Positions 47,790-56,804 are shown, counted from the stretch's first letter. The stretch: 64,000 bases of DNA from Treponemataceae bacterium (GCA_963667725.2 CAXXHO010000005.1:1280001-1344000), one strand, 5' to 3'. Made by a program: numbers and translations. The notes: generated by a model not told the origin, from the letters alone.

Positions 47790-50150
47790 ATGAAGAAGAT
47801 TTTAGTATCGATGCTTGTGCTGGTCGCGTTTTTCGCGGTCAGCTGCAAAAGTCCGGTGGCTGAGGATGTTGTCGCGCCCACGGTCGACCTGACGAGCCCT
47901 GCCGATCTCGCTACCAATATAGCGATAACGGCTGATGTGACGGCGACCTTCAGCGAAGCGATGGATTCCGCGACCGTCGTCGCGGCGAACTTTACCGTAA
48001 GCCAGGGGGCTACTCCCGTAGCCGGCACGGTGAGCTATGCCGATGATGTCGCCACCTTCAATCCGACAAGCGATCTCGCGGCGGGAACCGAGTACACGGC
48101 GACGGTCTTGACAGGCGTCAAGGATGTGGCAGGAAACGCGCTGGCCGCCGCCAAAGTATGGACCTTTACGACAGCGGCGCTGGTAGACATCATCGCTCCC
48201 GCGGTGAGCGGAGTCAGCCCGGCCGATTTGGCCGTTGACGTGGCCGTTGTATCGAATGTCACCGCTACCTTCAGCGAAGCCATGGCATCCGGAACGATCA
48301 TCGCCGCGAACTTCACGTTGATGCAGGCGGCAACGCCTATTCCCGGGGTGGTCAGTTACGTGGGCAATATCGCTACCTTCAATCCGGACAGCGATCTGGC
48401 CTTCAACACGATCTACACCGCGACCGTGAAAACGGACGTCACCGATGTGGCCGGCAATCATCTCGCGGCCAACAAGGTATGGACCTTCACGACCGCGGCG
48501 TTCGTGGACAGCATCCCACCCACGGTGAGTCTAGTAAGTCCTGCCGACCTGGCTACCGATGTGGCCACTACATCGAATGTCACCGCCACCTTCAGCGAAG
48601 AAATGACCTCCGGAACGATCGTCGCCGCGAACTTCACGCTGATGCAGGGGAGCACGCCTGTTGCGGGCGCGGTCAGCTATCTGGGCAATGTCGCCACCTT
48701 CAATCCGGACAGCAATCTGGCCTACAACACGATGTACACCGCAACCGTGAAAACGGACGTCACCGATCTGACCGGCAATCATCTCGCGGCCAACAAGGTG
48801 TGGACTTTTACGACAGCCGCATTCGTGGACATCATCGCTCCCGCGGTGAGTTTAGTCAGCCCAGCGGACCTTGCCGTCAGTGTGGCCATCACATCGAATG
48901 TCACCGCTACCTTCAGCGAAGCGATGACCTCCGGAACGATCATCGCCGCGAACTTCACGTTGATGCAGGCGGCTACGCCCATTCCCGGCGCGGTCAGCTA
49001 TCTGGGCAACGTCGCCACGTTCAATCCTGACAGCGATCTGGCCTTCAACACGATCTACACCGCGACCGTGAAAACGGACGTCACCGATGTAGCCGGCAAT
49101 CATCTCGCGGTCAATAAGGTATGGACCTTCACGACTGCCGCGTTTGTGGACATCATTCCACCCACGGTGAGTTTAGTAAGTCCTGCCGACCTGGCCGTCG
49201 ACGTGGCGATCGCGTCGAATGTCACCGCCACCTTCAATGAAGCCATGGCTTCCGGAACGATCATCGCCGCGAACTTCACGCTGATGCAGGCAGGCATGCC
49301 TATTGCAGGCGCGGTCAGCTATCTGGGCAATGTCGCTACCTTCAATCCTGACAGCAATCTGGCTTACAGCACCATCTATACCGCAACCGTGAAAACGGAC
49401 ATCACCGATGTGGCCGGCAATCATCTCGCGGCCAACAAGGTGTGGACCTTCACGACCGTAGCCGCCCCAGTGGCGGGTCCCGCGGCCGTAGACCTTGGAA
49501 CGGCGGGCAATTACGTAATCCTGGCGAAAACCGCCATCAGCACCGTTCCAACCTCAGCGGTTACGGGCGACATCGGGCTGAGCCCGGCCGCCGCGAGCTT
49601 CATCACGGGATTCTCGCTTGTAGCGGACGCCACGAATGTGTTCTCGACAGCGAGTCAGCTTACCGGAAGGGCTTACGCCGCCAATTATACCGATCCCACC
49701 CCCTCGAACCTGACCACCGCCGTGAGCGACATGGAAGCGGCGTATGCCGATGCCGCGGGGCGGCCGACGCCTGATTTCCTGAATCATGGAGCCGGAGAGA
49801 TAGGCGGATTGATCCTTGTGCCTGGACTCTATAAATGGACCACAAACCTCTTGATCACCACCAACGTCACGCTGAACGGCGGTGCCAACGATGTCTGGAT
49901 CTTCCAGATATCGGGCGGCATCACTCAGGCTTCCGGCGCGAACGTCAATCTGACCGGCGGCGCTTTAGCCAAGAATATCTTCTGGCAGGCGGCTGATGAT
50001 GTCACGCTCGGCACGACAGCCCATATGGAAGGCATCGTGCTTTGCGCCACGGCCATCCACCTCGGCACCGGCGCTTCCGCCAATGGCAGGCTGCTGGCTC
50101 AGACCGCCGTCACGATAGACGGCAGCGCTGTAGTCGAACCCATACTGTAG
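47790..50150 (+). CDS. DUF3494 ice-binding-like lipoprotein with five tandem Ig-like domains
   Basis: AVSC lipobox; five 107-aa repeats; C-terminal DUF3494 motifs. Confidence 0.92.
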   Translation: MKKILVSMLVLVAFFAVSCKSPVAEDVVAPTVDLTSPADLATNIAITADVTATFSEAMDSATVVAANFTVSQGATPVAGTVSYADDVATFNPTSDLAAGTEYTATVLTGVKDVAGNALAAAKVWTFTTAALVDIIAPAVSGVSPADLAVDVAVVSNVTATFSEAMASGTIIAANFTLMQAATPIPGVVSYVGNIATFNPDSDLAFNTIYTATVKTDVTDVAGNHLAANKVWTFTTAAFVDSIPPTVSLVSPADLATDVATTSNVTATFSEEMTSGTIVAANFTLMQGSTPVAGAVSYLGNVATFNPDSNLAYNTMYTATVKTDVTDLTGNHLAANKVWTFTTAAFVDIIAPAVSLVSPADLAVSVAITSNVTATFSEAMTSGTIIAANFTLMQAATPIPGAVSYLGNVATFNPDSDLAFNTIYTATVKTDVTDVAGNHLAVNKVWTFTTAAFVDIIPPTVSLVSPADLAVDVAIASNVTATFNEAMASGTIIAANFTLMQAGMPIAGAVSYLGNVATFNPDSNLAYSTIYTATVKTDITDVAGNHLAANKVWTFTTVAAPVAGPAAVDLGTAGNYVILAKTAISTVPTSAVTGDIGLSPAAASFITGFSLVADATNVFSTASQLTGRAYAANYTDPTPSNLTTAVSDMEAAYADAAGRPTPDFLNHGAGEIGGLILVPGLYKWTTNLLITTNVTLNGGANDVWIFQISGGITQASGANVNLTGGALAKNIFWQAADDVTLGTTAHMEGIVLCATAIHLGTGASANGRLLAQTAVTIDGSAVVEPIL
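47865..49469 (+). repeat. Five 321-bp intragenic tandem repeats (Ig-like domains)
   Basis: Units begin at 47865, 48186, 48507, 48828 and 49149. Confidence 0.9.
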
Positions 50151-50188
50151 ACGAATCGATAGATTCGTCCGCGATGTGAAACTAATGT

Positions 50189-50233
50189 AAAAAAGAAGGG
50201 GCTGCCCGGGAAGTTTTCCCAGGCAGCCCCTTC
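50189..50233. terminator. Terminator between the DUF3494 gene and catalase (T tract on the minus strand)
   Basis: A6-gaaggggctgcc...ggcagccccttc. Confidence 0.75.
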
Positions 50234-50286
50234 AATTATTTCTATTGATCAACGTATCGCAATCGACCTAATGATCGGATTCTTGC

Positions 50287-51795
50287 CTACCGGCTGGTTG
50301 CCTTGACACGTTCTTCCTGAGACATGGCCGCAAGCCTCTTCACTTCGGCGCAGTCCAGCTTAAGCCCTTGGGCGACGCGTTCCCCGTACCCGACATCTAC
50401 CTTGTAGAACAGGGCCGCCTGACGCAGCTGAATGCGCGTTTGCGCCTTGCCCAGGTGGGATACGATGTTGCCGATGAGATGGTCGCGGTCCATGTCGGAC
50501 ATGACATTTCGATACAGATCTCCCGCCTGGACAAAGTCCACGTCTCCGGTTTCGTAGGCATGCCGCGTCGCCTTCCCGGCAACGGTAAAGGGCGGCACTG
50601 AGAATGACGGATCGGGCGCGGGACCGCCGACGCTGTTGGGCCAGTAGTTGGGGTTTCCGCCGCCGTTCGCGCCCGATCGCATGGGGCCATCGCGCTGATA
50701 GCCGCTATCCATGGAAGCTTTAGGCGCATTGACGGGCAGGAGATTGAAGTTCGGGCCCAGCCTGTGCCTCTGCGTATCGGGATAGCTGAACAGGCGTCCC
50801 TGCAGGAGCCTGTCAGGCGATGCCCCGATTCCCGGCACGAAATTGCCTGGCGCGAAGGCGATCTGCTCCACTTCGGCGAAATAATTGGAAGGGTTGCGGT
50901 TGAGCACCATGCGTCCAAGGGGAAGAAGCGGATAATCTCCATGAGGCCAGACTTTCGTTATATCGAAAGGATCGAATCGATAGGTTTCCGCTTCCGCCGG
51001 CGTCATGATCTGCACGAACACTTGCCACCCGGGGTACTCCCCGCGCTGTATGCTGTCGTAGAGATCCCTCGTCGCGTGGTCGGGATCGATACCGGCCAGA
51101 CGGGCGGCTTCGTCGCGCGTGAGATTCCTGATCCCCTGTTCCGTCACGAAATGCGTCTTGACCCAGCAGTAGCAGCCTTTTTCGTCGTACCACATGAAGG
51201 TATGGCTACTGAAGCCGTGCATGTGACGGTAATCGAGAGGGATGCCGCGGTCGGAGAAAAGAATTGTCACTTGATGGATGGACTCCGGCGTAAGCGAGAG
51301 AAAATCCCAGAACATATCGGGGTCTTTCAGATTGGTCGCGGGATTGCGCTTTTGGGTATGGATGAAATCCGGGAATTTTATGGCGTCGCGAATGAAGAAC
51401 ACCGGCGTATTGTTGCCTACCAGATCGTAGTTGCCTTCTTCCGTATAGAATTTGACGGCGAAACCGCGGGGATCGCGGTCCGCGTCGGCTGAACCTTTTT
51501 CGCCGCCCACCTGTGAGAATCGCGCGAAAATTTCCGTGCGCTTTCCTAGACTGGAGAGAAATTTTGCGCGCGTATATTTCGTCATGTCGTGAGTAACCTC
51601 GAAGTATCCGCTCGCTCCCGCGCCTTTCGCGTGCACAACCCTTTCGGGCACGCGTTCCCTGTCGAAATGCGCCAGTTTCTCCATGAGATGCGTGTCCTGG
51701 ATGAGCGTGGGGCCATCGGCTCCCGCCGTCATCGAGTTCAGGTCATTTTCGACAGGTCTCCCCGTATTCGTCGTTAAAATATTTTTTTTCGTGAT
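50287..51795 (-). CDS. katA: Monofunctional heme catalase (small subunit); inferred start is ATC at 51795, first ATG at 51732
   Basis: [34 protein letters not shown]; conserved LTT..G.PV..D..S segment lies upstream of the first ATG. Confidence 0.95.
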   Translation of the reverse strand: MTKKNILTTNTGRPVENDLNSMTAGADGPTLIQDTHLMEKLAHFDRERVPERVVHAKGAGASGYFEVTHDMTKYTRAKFLSSLGKRTEIFARFSQVGGEKGSADADRDPRGFAVKFYTEEGNYDLVGNNTPVFFIRDAIKFPDFIHTQKRNPATNLKDPDMFWDFLSLTPESIHQVTILFSDRGIPLDYRHMHGFSSHTFMWYDEKGCYCWVKTHFVTEQGIRNLTRDEAARLAGIDPDHATRDLYDSIQRGEYPGWQVFVQIMTPAEAETYRFDPFDITKVWPHGDYPLLPLGRMVLNRNPSNYFAEVEQIAFAPGNFVPGIGASPDRLLQGRLFSYPDTQRHRLGPNFNLLPVNAPKASMDSGYQRDGPMRSGANGGGNPNYWPNSVGGPAPDPSFSVPPFTVAGKATRHAYETGDVDFVQAGDLYRNVMSDMDRDHLIGNIVSHLGKAQTRIQLRQAALFYKVDVGYGERVAQGLKLDCAEVKRLAAMSQEERVKATSR

Positions 51796-51840
51796 TATTG
51801 TATCTCCTGCCCATCTGCCGCCATTTTCGACCGATGGGCT

Positions 51841-52287
51841 TTACTTGCCCGAAGTCAATGAGCGGTAGATCAGCTGCATCAGTTCCTCGAAAAGGTGGAA
51901 ATATCCGGAATTGTCTTTCTTGTAGGCCGTTACCGTATCGTTGATGCCCGATCCCATTTTTTCCATAACGTCGCTGGCCAGGGTCAAGCTGCCTTTTGCC
52001 GTGCTGGCGACATGCTCGACTTCCTGAATGATCGCGGGAAATGAAACCTTCAATTGGGAGGTTGTTTCTTTGAGATCGCCGCTTATCTGTTCGAAATCCC
52101 CGATTATGGCGGGCACTCTTCTGAAGGAATGCTTGATGGAATCTTTATTGATTTCCACAAGCGGGCTGATGATTCCCACCATCTTTTTAATGTTCAGGAG
52201 TATGGGTACGAGGATGGCGCCAAGTAGAATTCCCATCATGCATACGAGGAAAATCATCAAATCAGGCAACGTGAATTGTATTGTCAT
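51841..52287 (-). CDS. DUF948/YtxG-like general stress membrane protein
   Basis: N-terminal TM followed by amphipathic coiled coil; adjacent to a YtxH gene. Confidence 0.6.
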   Translation of the reverse strand: MTIQFTLPDLMIFLVCMMGILLGAILVPILLNIKKMVGIISPLVEINKDSIKHSFRRVPAIIGDFEQISGDLKETTSQLKVSFPAIIQEVEHVASTAKGSLTLASDVMEKMGSGINDTVTAYKKDNSGYFHLFEELMQLIYRSLTSGK

Positions 52288-52302
52288 GGTTTTAGCCTCG
52301 CT

Positions 52303-52632
52303 CTACGCTGAAGCCGTTCCGCTTCTCTTTTTCCTGGCCGCCGGTTTCGGTTGCAAGGTGCTTTTCAATTCCTGAGCCGCGTGGGCAGTTGTTTTCTTTA
52401 CGATTTCCGCCTTGTGCTTTACTTTTTCCCTGATGGTCTCCAAGGCATCTTCCGCTTTCTTTTTCAGCTCGTCCCTGGTTTCTTTTCCTGATTTCGGCGC
52501 GTAGAGAATTCCTTTCAGCAGCCCAATCGTGGCGGCTATACCCATTCCCAGCGCGAAATTTATGGAGGCCTTTCTCCGGTCCTCATCCCTTTTCTTCCTG
52601 TTTACCATATCCAGCATAGTATTGAAAAACAT
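52303..52632 (-). CDS. YtxH-domain protein
   Basis: GILYAPKSGKETRDELK signature; SD ggagg. Confidence 0.85.
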   Translation of the reverse strand: MFFNTMLDMVNRKKRDEDRRKASINFALGMGIAATIGLLKGILYAPKSGKETRDELKKKAEDALETIREKVKHKAEIVKKTTAHAAQELKSTLQPKPAARKKRSGTASA

Positions 52633-52735
52633 ACAAATTCCTCCGCAGAAAATTCTGCTGATCTCGAGTCGTTCTGCCGGTCGTTTTGGACCGGTTAACC
52701 TCAACTCGGGCGAGATAAAATCGGCGACCGCGCGG

Positions 52736-52912
52736 TTACATATTCTTTTTGATTTCTGCCTTGGCGTCGCCGAGTCCTGCCTGAACGGCCCCTTTGATTT
52801 TTTTGGCCTTTCCTTTTTTCTCCATTTTTTTATCGCCGACGACTATGCCTATCGCCTGCTTGACCTTGCCTTTCACTTCGTCGATGCGTCCCTTGATCTG
52901 ATCATTATTCAT
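52736..52912 (-). CDS. csbD: CsbD-family stress protein (58 aa, absent from the ORF track)
   Basis: Hand translation MNNDQIKGRIDEVKGKVKQAIGIVVGDKKMEKKGKAKKIKGAVQAGLGDAKAEIKKNM; SD aggaga. Confidence 0.88.
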   Translation of the reverse strand: MNNDQIKGRIDEVKGKVKQAIGIVVGDKKMEKKGKAKKIKGAVQAGLGDAKAEIKKNM

Positions 52913-52984
52913 TCTTGTCTCCTGTAATGAAGTCTTCTGGAAAGGGTCTCATTTATCAATGCTCCCATTCTTTTGCCTGATCTA

Positions 52985-53102
52985 AAGGTACTTTGATGAC
53001 CTTGATGGGTCTGTGCGGCAGCACACATAGGGCAGTGCAAAGGAAGGCCGGACAGTCTATGTGTGCTGCCGCACAGACCGCTTCGGGCTTGGGACCTATG
53101 CT
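52985..53102. promoter_or_regulatory. Back-to-back CRP/FNR-type palindromes 4 and 5 (divergent promoters)
   Basis: Both read TGTGTG-ctgc-CGCACA-GAC (53027-53009 minus; 53060-53078 plus); -10 TACCTT (52990-52985) and TATGCT (53097-53102). Confidence 0.8.
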
Positions 53103-53124
53103 CTTACGTATAAGGAGAAGTATC

Positions 53125-53319
53125 GTGAATACACTGAACGCAAAAAGCGCTATGTATGGGCCGATAGGCGAGTTCGGGAGCAAGTTGGATTTTTTCCGCG
53201 ATGTTGACATTTTTTCCGAAGAGAGAAAAGTTGAAGAGCTTCTCGATAAAGTGGAGAAGCGAATCGGAAGGGCGAAAGAAAACGTTGTTGGATTCATCAA
53301 TACAACGGTTATAAGGTGA
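53125..53319 (+). CDS. Small hypothetical protein
   Basis: SD aaggag plus GTG; GTGA overlap with the next gene. Confidence 0.55.
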   Translation: MNTLNAKSAMYGPIGEFGSKLDFFRDVDIFSEERKVEELLDKVEKRIGRAKENVVGFINTTVIR

Positions 53320-53771
53320 TCAATGTCATTGGGCTTAATAATCGCATAACTTTACATAAATACACGAAGGCCGCGAAAGCCATAAAGTCCGAACTTGCCG
53401 AAAAATTCCCCGGCATCTCCTTTTCGATAAAATCGAAATCGTTCGCGAACGGAGACAATGTGACGATAGATTGGACAGGCGGCCCGACGAGCGATGCCGT
53501 CGAGTCGGTGGTGATTAAATACCGATACGGAACGTTCGACGCATCGAAAAATCTTTACCTCTACGACAGTCGCGACGATGCCATTCCCCAGGCCCAGTAC
53601 GTGATGGTTTCCCACCATCACAGCGATTCTTCGCAAAAAAAGGCCAAGCAGGAAATCGCCGATGGCTTCAATGTGGACATGAATGACAGCCAGGCGGTTT
53701 TCGCCGCCTTCGGCAACTGGCCTCAGCCTTTGATCCGCGCGAAGCTCGAACATCGCAGTCCGTTCAATTAG
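53316..53771 (+). CDS. LPD29 (large polyvalent protein-associated domain 29)-like protein
   Basis: IKSELAEKFPGISFSIKS..WTGGPT..YGTFD pattern recognised as LPD29-like. Confidence 0.65.
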   Translation: MINVIGLNNRITLHKYTKAAKAIKSELAEKFPGISFSIKSKSFANGDNVTIDWTGGPTSDAVESVVIKYRYGTFDASKNLYLYDSRDDAIPQAQYVMVSHHHSDSSQKKAKQEIADGFNVDMNDSQAVFAAFGNWPQPLIRAKLEHRSPFN

Positions 53772-53906
53772 GCCGAATGTAATAAATAGAATCCAGACTT
53801 TGTTTTTACCGCTCCTCTCAGTATTTTTAGGCATACTTCATATGCGCTGCATGGTGGCGTATATTCTATTTGAAGGATGAATCCAAAACCTGAGAAGGAG
53901 TTTTTC

Positions 53907-54707
53907 ATGGAACTAGGACTCAAGAATAAAATACTCTTTGCTTCGGCTTCTACCGATGGCTTGGGGCTGGGCATAGCGGAAAACGCTCTCGCCGAAGGCG
54001 CTTTCGTGTTTTTAGGCGGCAGATCGCAGGAGAGGCTCGATGCGGCGTTGAAACGCCTGGTTCCTTTGGCGGCGGCATCGGGCGGGCGGTCCGCCGGCAC
54101 TGTCCTGGACATGTCCTCGGCCGGTTCCATCGAAGCCTGGGTCGCGGCGGGAATGGCCGCGATGGGGGAGCCGGACGCGCTGCTGGTGAACGCCGGCGGA
54201 CCGCCCCCCGGAGACTTCGAAACGCTGGCGGGCGATGAGCCCTGGCAGGCGGCCTTCAACCTCACCCTCATGTCTTCCGTGCGGCTCATCCGCGCTGTCC
54301 TGCCCTCCCTCAAGGCGAAGGGCGGTTCGATTCTCACGATAACCTCGAGTTCGGTGAAGGAGCCTTGGCCTGGGCTGATTCTTTCAGGCGTCATGCGCTC
54401 GGGAGTCGCCAGCCTCGTTAAATCGCTGTCGATCGAGCTCGCGCCTTACGGCATCCGCGTCAACAACATAGCGCCGGGCAATATCATGACGGGCCGCCTC
54501 GATAGGCTCATCGCCGCCGAGGCCAAGGGCGCCGGAATCTCCAGCGACGAGCGGCGGGCCCAGCGTCAGGCCAATATCCCCATGGGACGCATCGGGGAAG
54601 TGGAGGAGTTCGGCAGGGCGGGGGCTTTCCTTCTGTCGCCGGCAGCATCCTACCTGAACGGCCAGACCCTCCTCGTGGACGGGGGCGCTTCCAAGTTCCT
54701 GTACTGA
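53907..54707 (+). CDS. SDR-family oxidoreductase
   Basis: ASTDGLG, NAGGPPPG, RVNNIAPG, VDGG. Confidence 0.9.
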   Translation: MELGLKNKILFASASTDGLGLGIAENALAEGAFVFLGGRSQERLDAALKRLVPLAAASGGRSAGTVLDMSSAGSIEAWVAAGMAAMGEPDALLVNAGGPPPGDFETLAGDEPWQAAFNLTLMSSVRLIRAVLPSLKAKGGSILTITSSSVKEPWPGLILSGVMRSGVASLVKSLSIELAPYGIRVNNIAPGNIMTGRLDRLIAAEAKGAGISSDERRAQRQANIPMGRIGEVEEFGRAGAFLLSPAASYLNGQTLLVDGGASKFLY

Positions 54708-54803
54708 GGGCACGAAGAATTGGATAGGATACCGGGACCACCCAGGATCTACATGTAAATCTTGGGCGGTCCTGATAGCCTGTCGGCGTTTATTTGCCTG
54801 CTT

Positions 54804-55730
54804 TTATTTTATTTTTGAATTCCCCGACGGGCGGACGGGGCGGGCCTCGATGTAGCCGCGCCAGCCCTGAGGCGCTAGCTGGAAACGCGGAGCCGAATCG
54901 GGCGCCCAGGCGAAACCGTAAAGGGCGGGATCGAAACTGTCGATCTTCTTCATCACCGCGACGACGGCTTCCTCGAAATCCTCGTCATCGTAGGGCTCTC
55001 CCTGGAATATCATCATCATCGCCGGCCCGAATTCGGCGAGTTCGTATCCTTCCGGAACAGGCCCGCTCCAATCCAGGGGCAGCTCGACGCCCTGCACGTA
55101 CTCAGAGGTGCCGGCCGGGCGGGATTTCGCGGGCAGCCAGAGGCCGACCGGCTCATAGAGCGCTTCCTTGACGCTTGAAAGGACGCCCCACACGTCGCAG
55201 CCCACTTCTTCGCAGTAGGCGAAGTACTCGCTCGCCGTCTTGGCTCGCCTGAGGAGGACCTTGCGGGCTGGCCTCTCAATCACTTGCACGAAAATTGTCT
55301 TGCTCGTTACGTCTTTCATTTCTTTTTCTCCTTTTCCTTGCTTTTGGCGCAACAAAAGAGGGTATGGCAGAAATAGCTTTACAGGGCGGGGCTGTCTGCG
55401 GTACTTCGCCGGGCCTACGCCGAATTCTTTCGAAAAAGAGCGTGTGAACCCTTCGTGCGAGTCGAACATGAAGTCCAAGGCCACGTCGAGAACCCTCGAG
55501 GGTTTGTCCCGCAATACCAGAGCCGCCTGCGAAAGCCTTAATCTGCGGATGTATTCGAAGGGCGGCTGACCGGTCAGCTCCCTGAATATCCGCTGGGCGT
55601 GCCACACGGAATATCCCGCCGCACGCGCCAGATCATTGACCGAGATTTTATCGCGCACATTCGCGAGAATATAATCCTGCATTTGGCGTACTGCGCGGAC
55701 CATGTCCTCTCGCGTGTGTTCCCGTTCCAT
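54804..55730 (-). CDS. AraC-family transcriptional regulator
   Basis: N-terminal double HTH (FDSHEGFTRSFSKEFG) plus a C-terminal effector domain. Confidence 0.88.
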   Translation of the reverse strand: MEREHTREDMVRAVRQMQDYILANVRDKISVNDLARAAGYSVWHAQRIFRELTGQPPFEYIRRLRLSQAALVLRDKPSRVLDVALDFMFDSHEGFTRSFSKEFGVGPAKYRRQPRPVKLFLPYPLLLRQKQGKGEKEMKDVTSKTIFVQVIERPARKVLLRRAKTASEYFAYCEEVGCDVWGVLSSVKEALYEPVGLWLPAKSRPAGTSEYVQGVELPLDWSGPVPEGYELAEFGPAMMMIFQGEPYDDEDFEEAVVAVMKKIDSFDPALYGFAWAPDSAPRFQLAPQGWRGYIEARPVRPSGNSKIK

Positions 55731-55872
55731 GATCTCCTCCTATTGCACCACGCGATGGAGTATCGCGGATTCCCGTTTTCCGTTCTTGACCTGTACTGCG
55801 AAATTGAAAAAACGTCGCCGACGTGTCGCCGCATCGTCGCGCCACTTCGCCGCCGCGCCGACCTGTCCTCTA

Positions 55873-56685
55873 TCATCTCCGCCACGTGGTGGGATCGCGG
55901 CGGAAAAAGAGCTTGAGCTGTTCGTGGACGGCTGGGTATTCCCGCTGGAGGACGGTTGGACGCTCCCAGAAATATTCGCAGACCACGGCGAAGAATTCGT
56001 CGGGACTCTCGGCCGCGTAAGGGTCCAGCCTGGACCGCGTTTTCGAGGTTCCCCGGCGCGCGGCGCGTCGCGCCTTCGGGGAATCCGAGAGTTTGGCGTT
56101 CAGGTCTTTCCAGGCATCGGTAAACGTTTCGTTCCAGCGTAGCGGGTCCATGCCGGCATGCAGGGGAGGGCGGCCGTCATAGAGACCATCCAGGCCGTCG
56201 AGTTTGTGGGACATCTCGTGTATGACGACGTTGTAGCCCTCGCCCCAGCCCGAGGCGTCTATGTCGGGAATCGACAGAGCGATGGGCCCCAGCGAGAACG
56301 ACTCACCGGCCAAGGTTTCCTCCCGTTCGTGGAGAATGCCCGATTCGTCCGTCCAGCGCTGCGTGACGGCGTAGGCGTCGGGCGTGACGAATATCGTGCT
56401 GAAGTCACGGTACCAGGACAGGTCCAGGCCGAGCAGCGGAAGACAGGCCTGAGCGGCGATTGAAACCTTCAGTTTTTGGTCGATTTCGGCTCCGTCCACG
56501 GGGTAGAAGCGCTTAGTGGCCAGAAACTGTCCCGAAAGCTCGCGCAGCCGCGTCCGATCATCGTCGGGCAAGCCCGTGAATATGCGGTGCTCATCCATGG
56601 CCCAAGCCCATAGTTCGTCGCGGATAGCGCCTCTCTCGGCGAGCCGCCGGCGTCTTGCTTCCAGAAATCCGTCGAAAATTCCCAT
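55873..56685 (-). CDS. Zinc-dependent peptidase M90 (MtfA-like)
   Basis: IAAQACL, NVVIHEMSHKLD, YAAESPDEFFAV. Confidence 0.88.
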   Translation of the reverse strand: MGIFDGFLEARRRRLAERGAIRDELWAWAMDEHRIFTGLPDDDRTRLRELSGQFLATKRFYPVDGAEIDQKLKVSIAAQACLPLLGLDLSWYRDFSTIFVTPDAYAVTQRWTDESGILHEREETLAGESFSLGPIALSIPDIDASGWGEGYNVVIHEMSHKLDGLDGLYDGRPPLHAGMDPLRWNETFTDAWKDLNAKLSDSPKARRAARRGTSKTRSRLDPYAAESPDEFFAVVCEYFWERPTVLQREYPAVHEQLKLFFRRDPTTWRR

Positions 56686-56804
56686 GCTTTCAGCCTACAC
56701 GGGAATCGCCTTTCGCTGAAGCCTCCATTCGCCGCATAATGGAGGCGCCGGCCGCCTTCCGCGATCTTCCGGCGTTTCGGCTCGGTCTTTGGCAGGCATG
56801 GCTA

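Noticed and set aside
54735..54772. Imperfect palindrome as a MITE/REP element
   Set aside because: Single copy between convergent genes with G-U-compatible mismatches; most likely a terminator-type hairpin.
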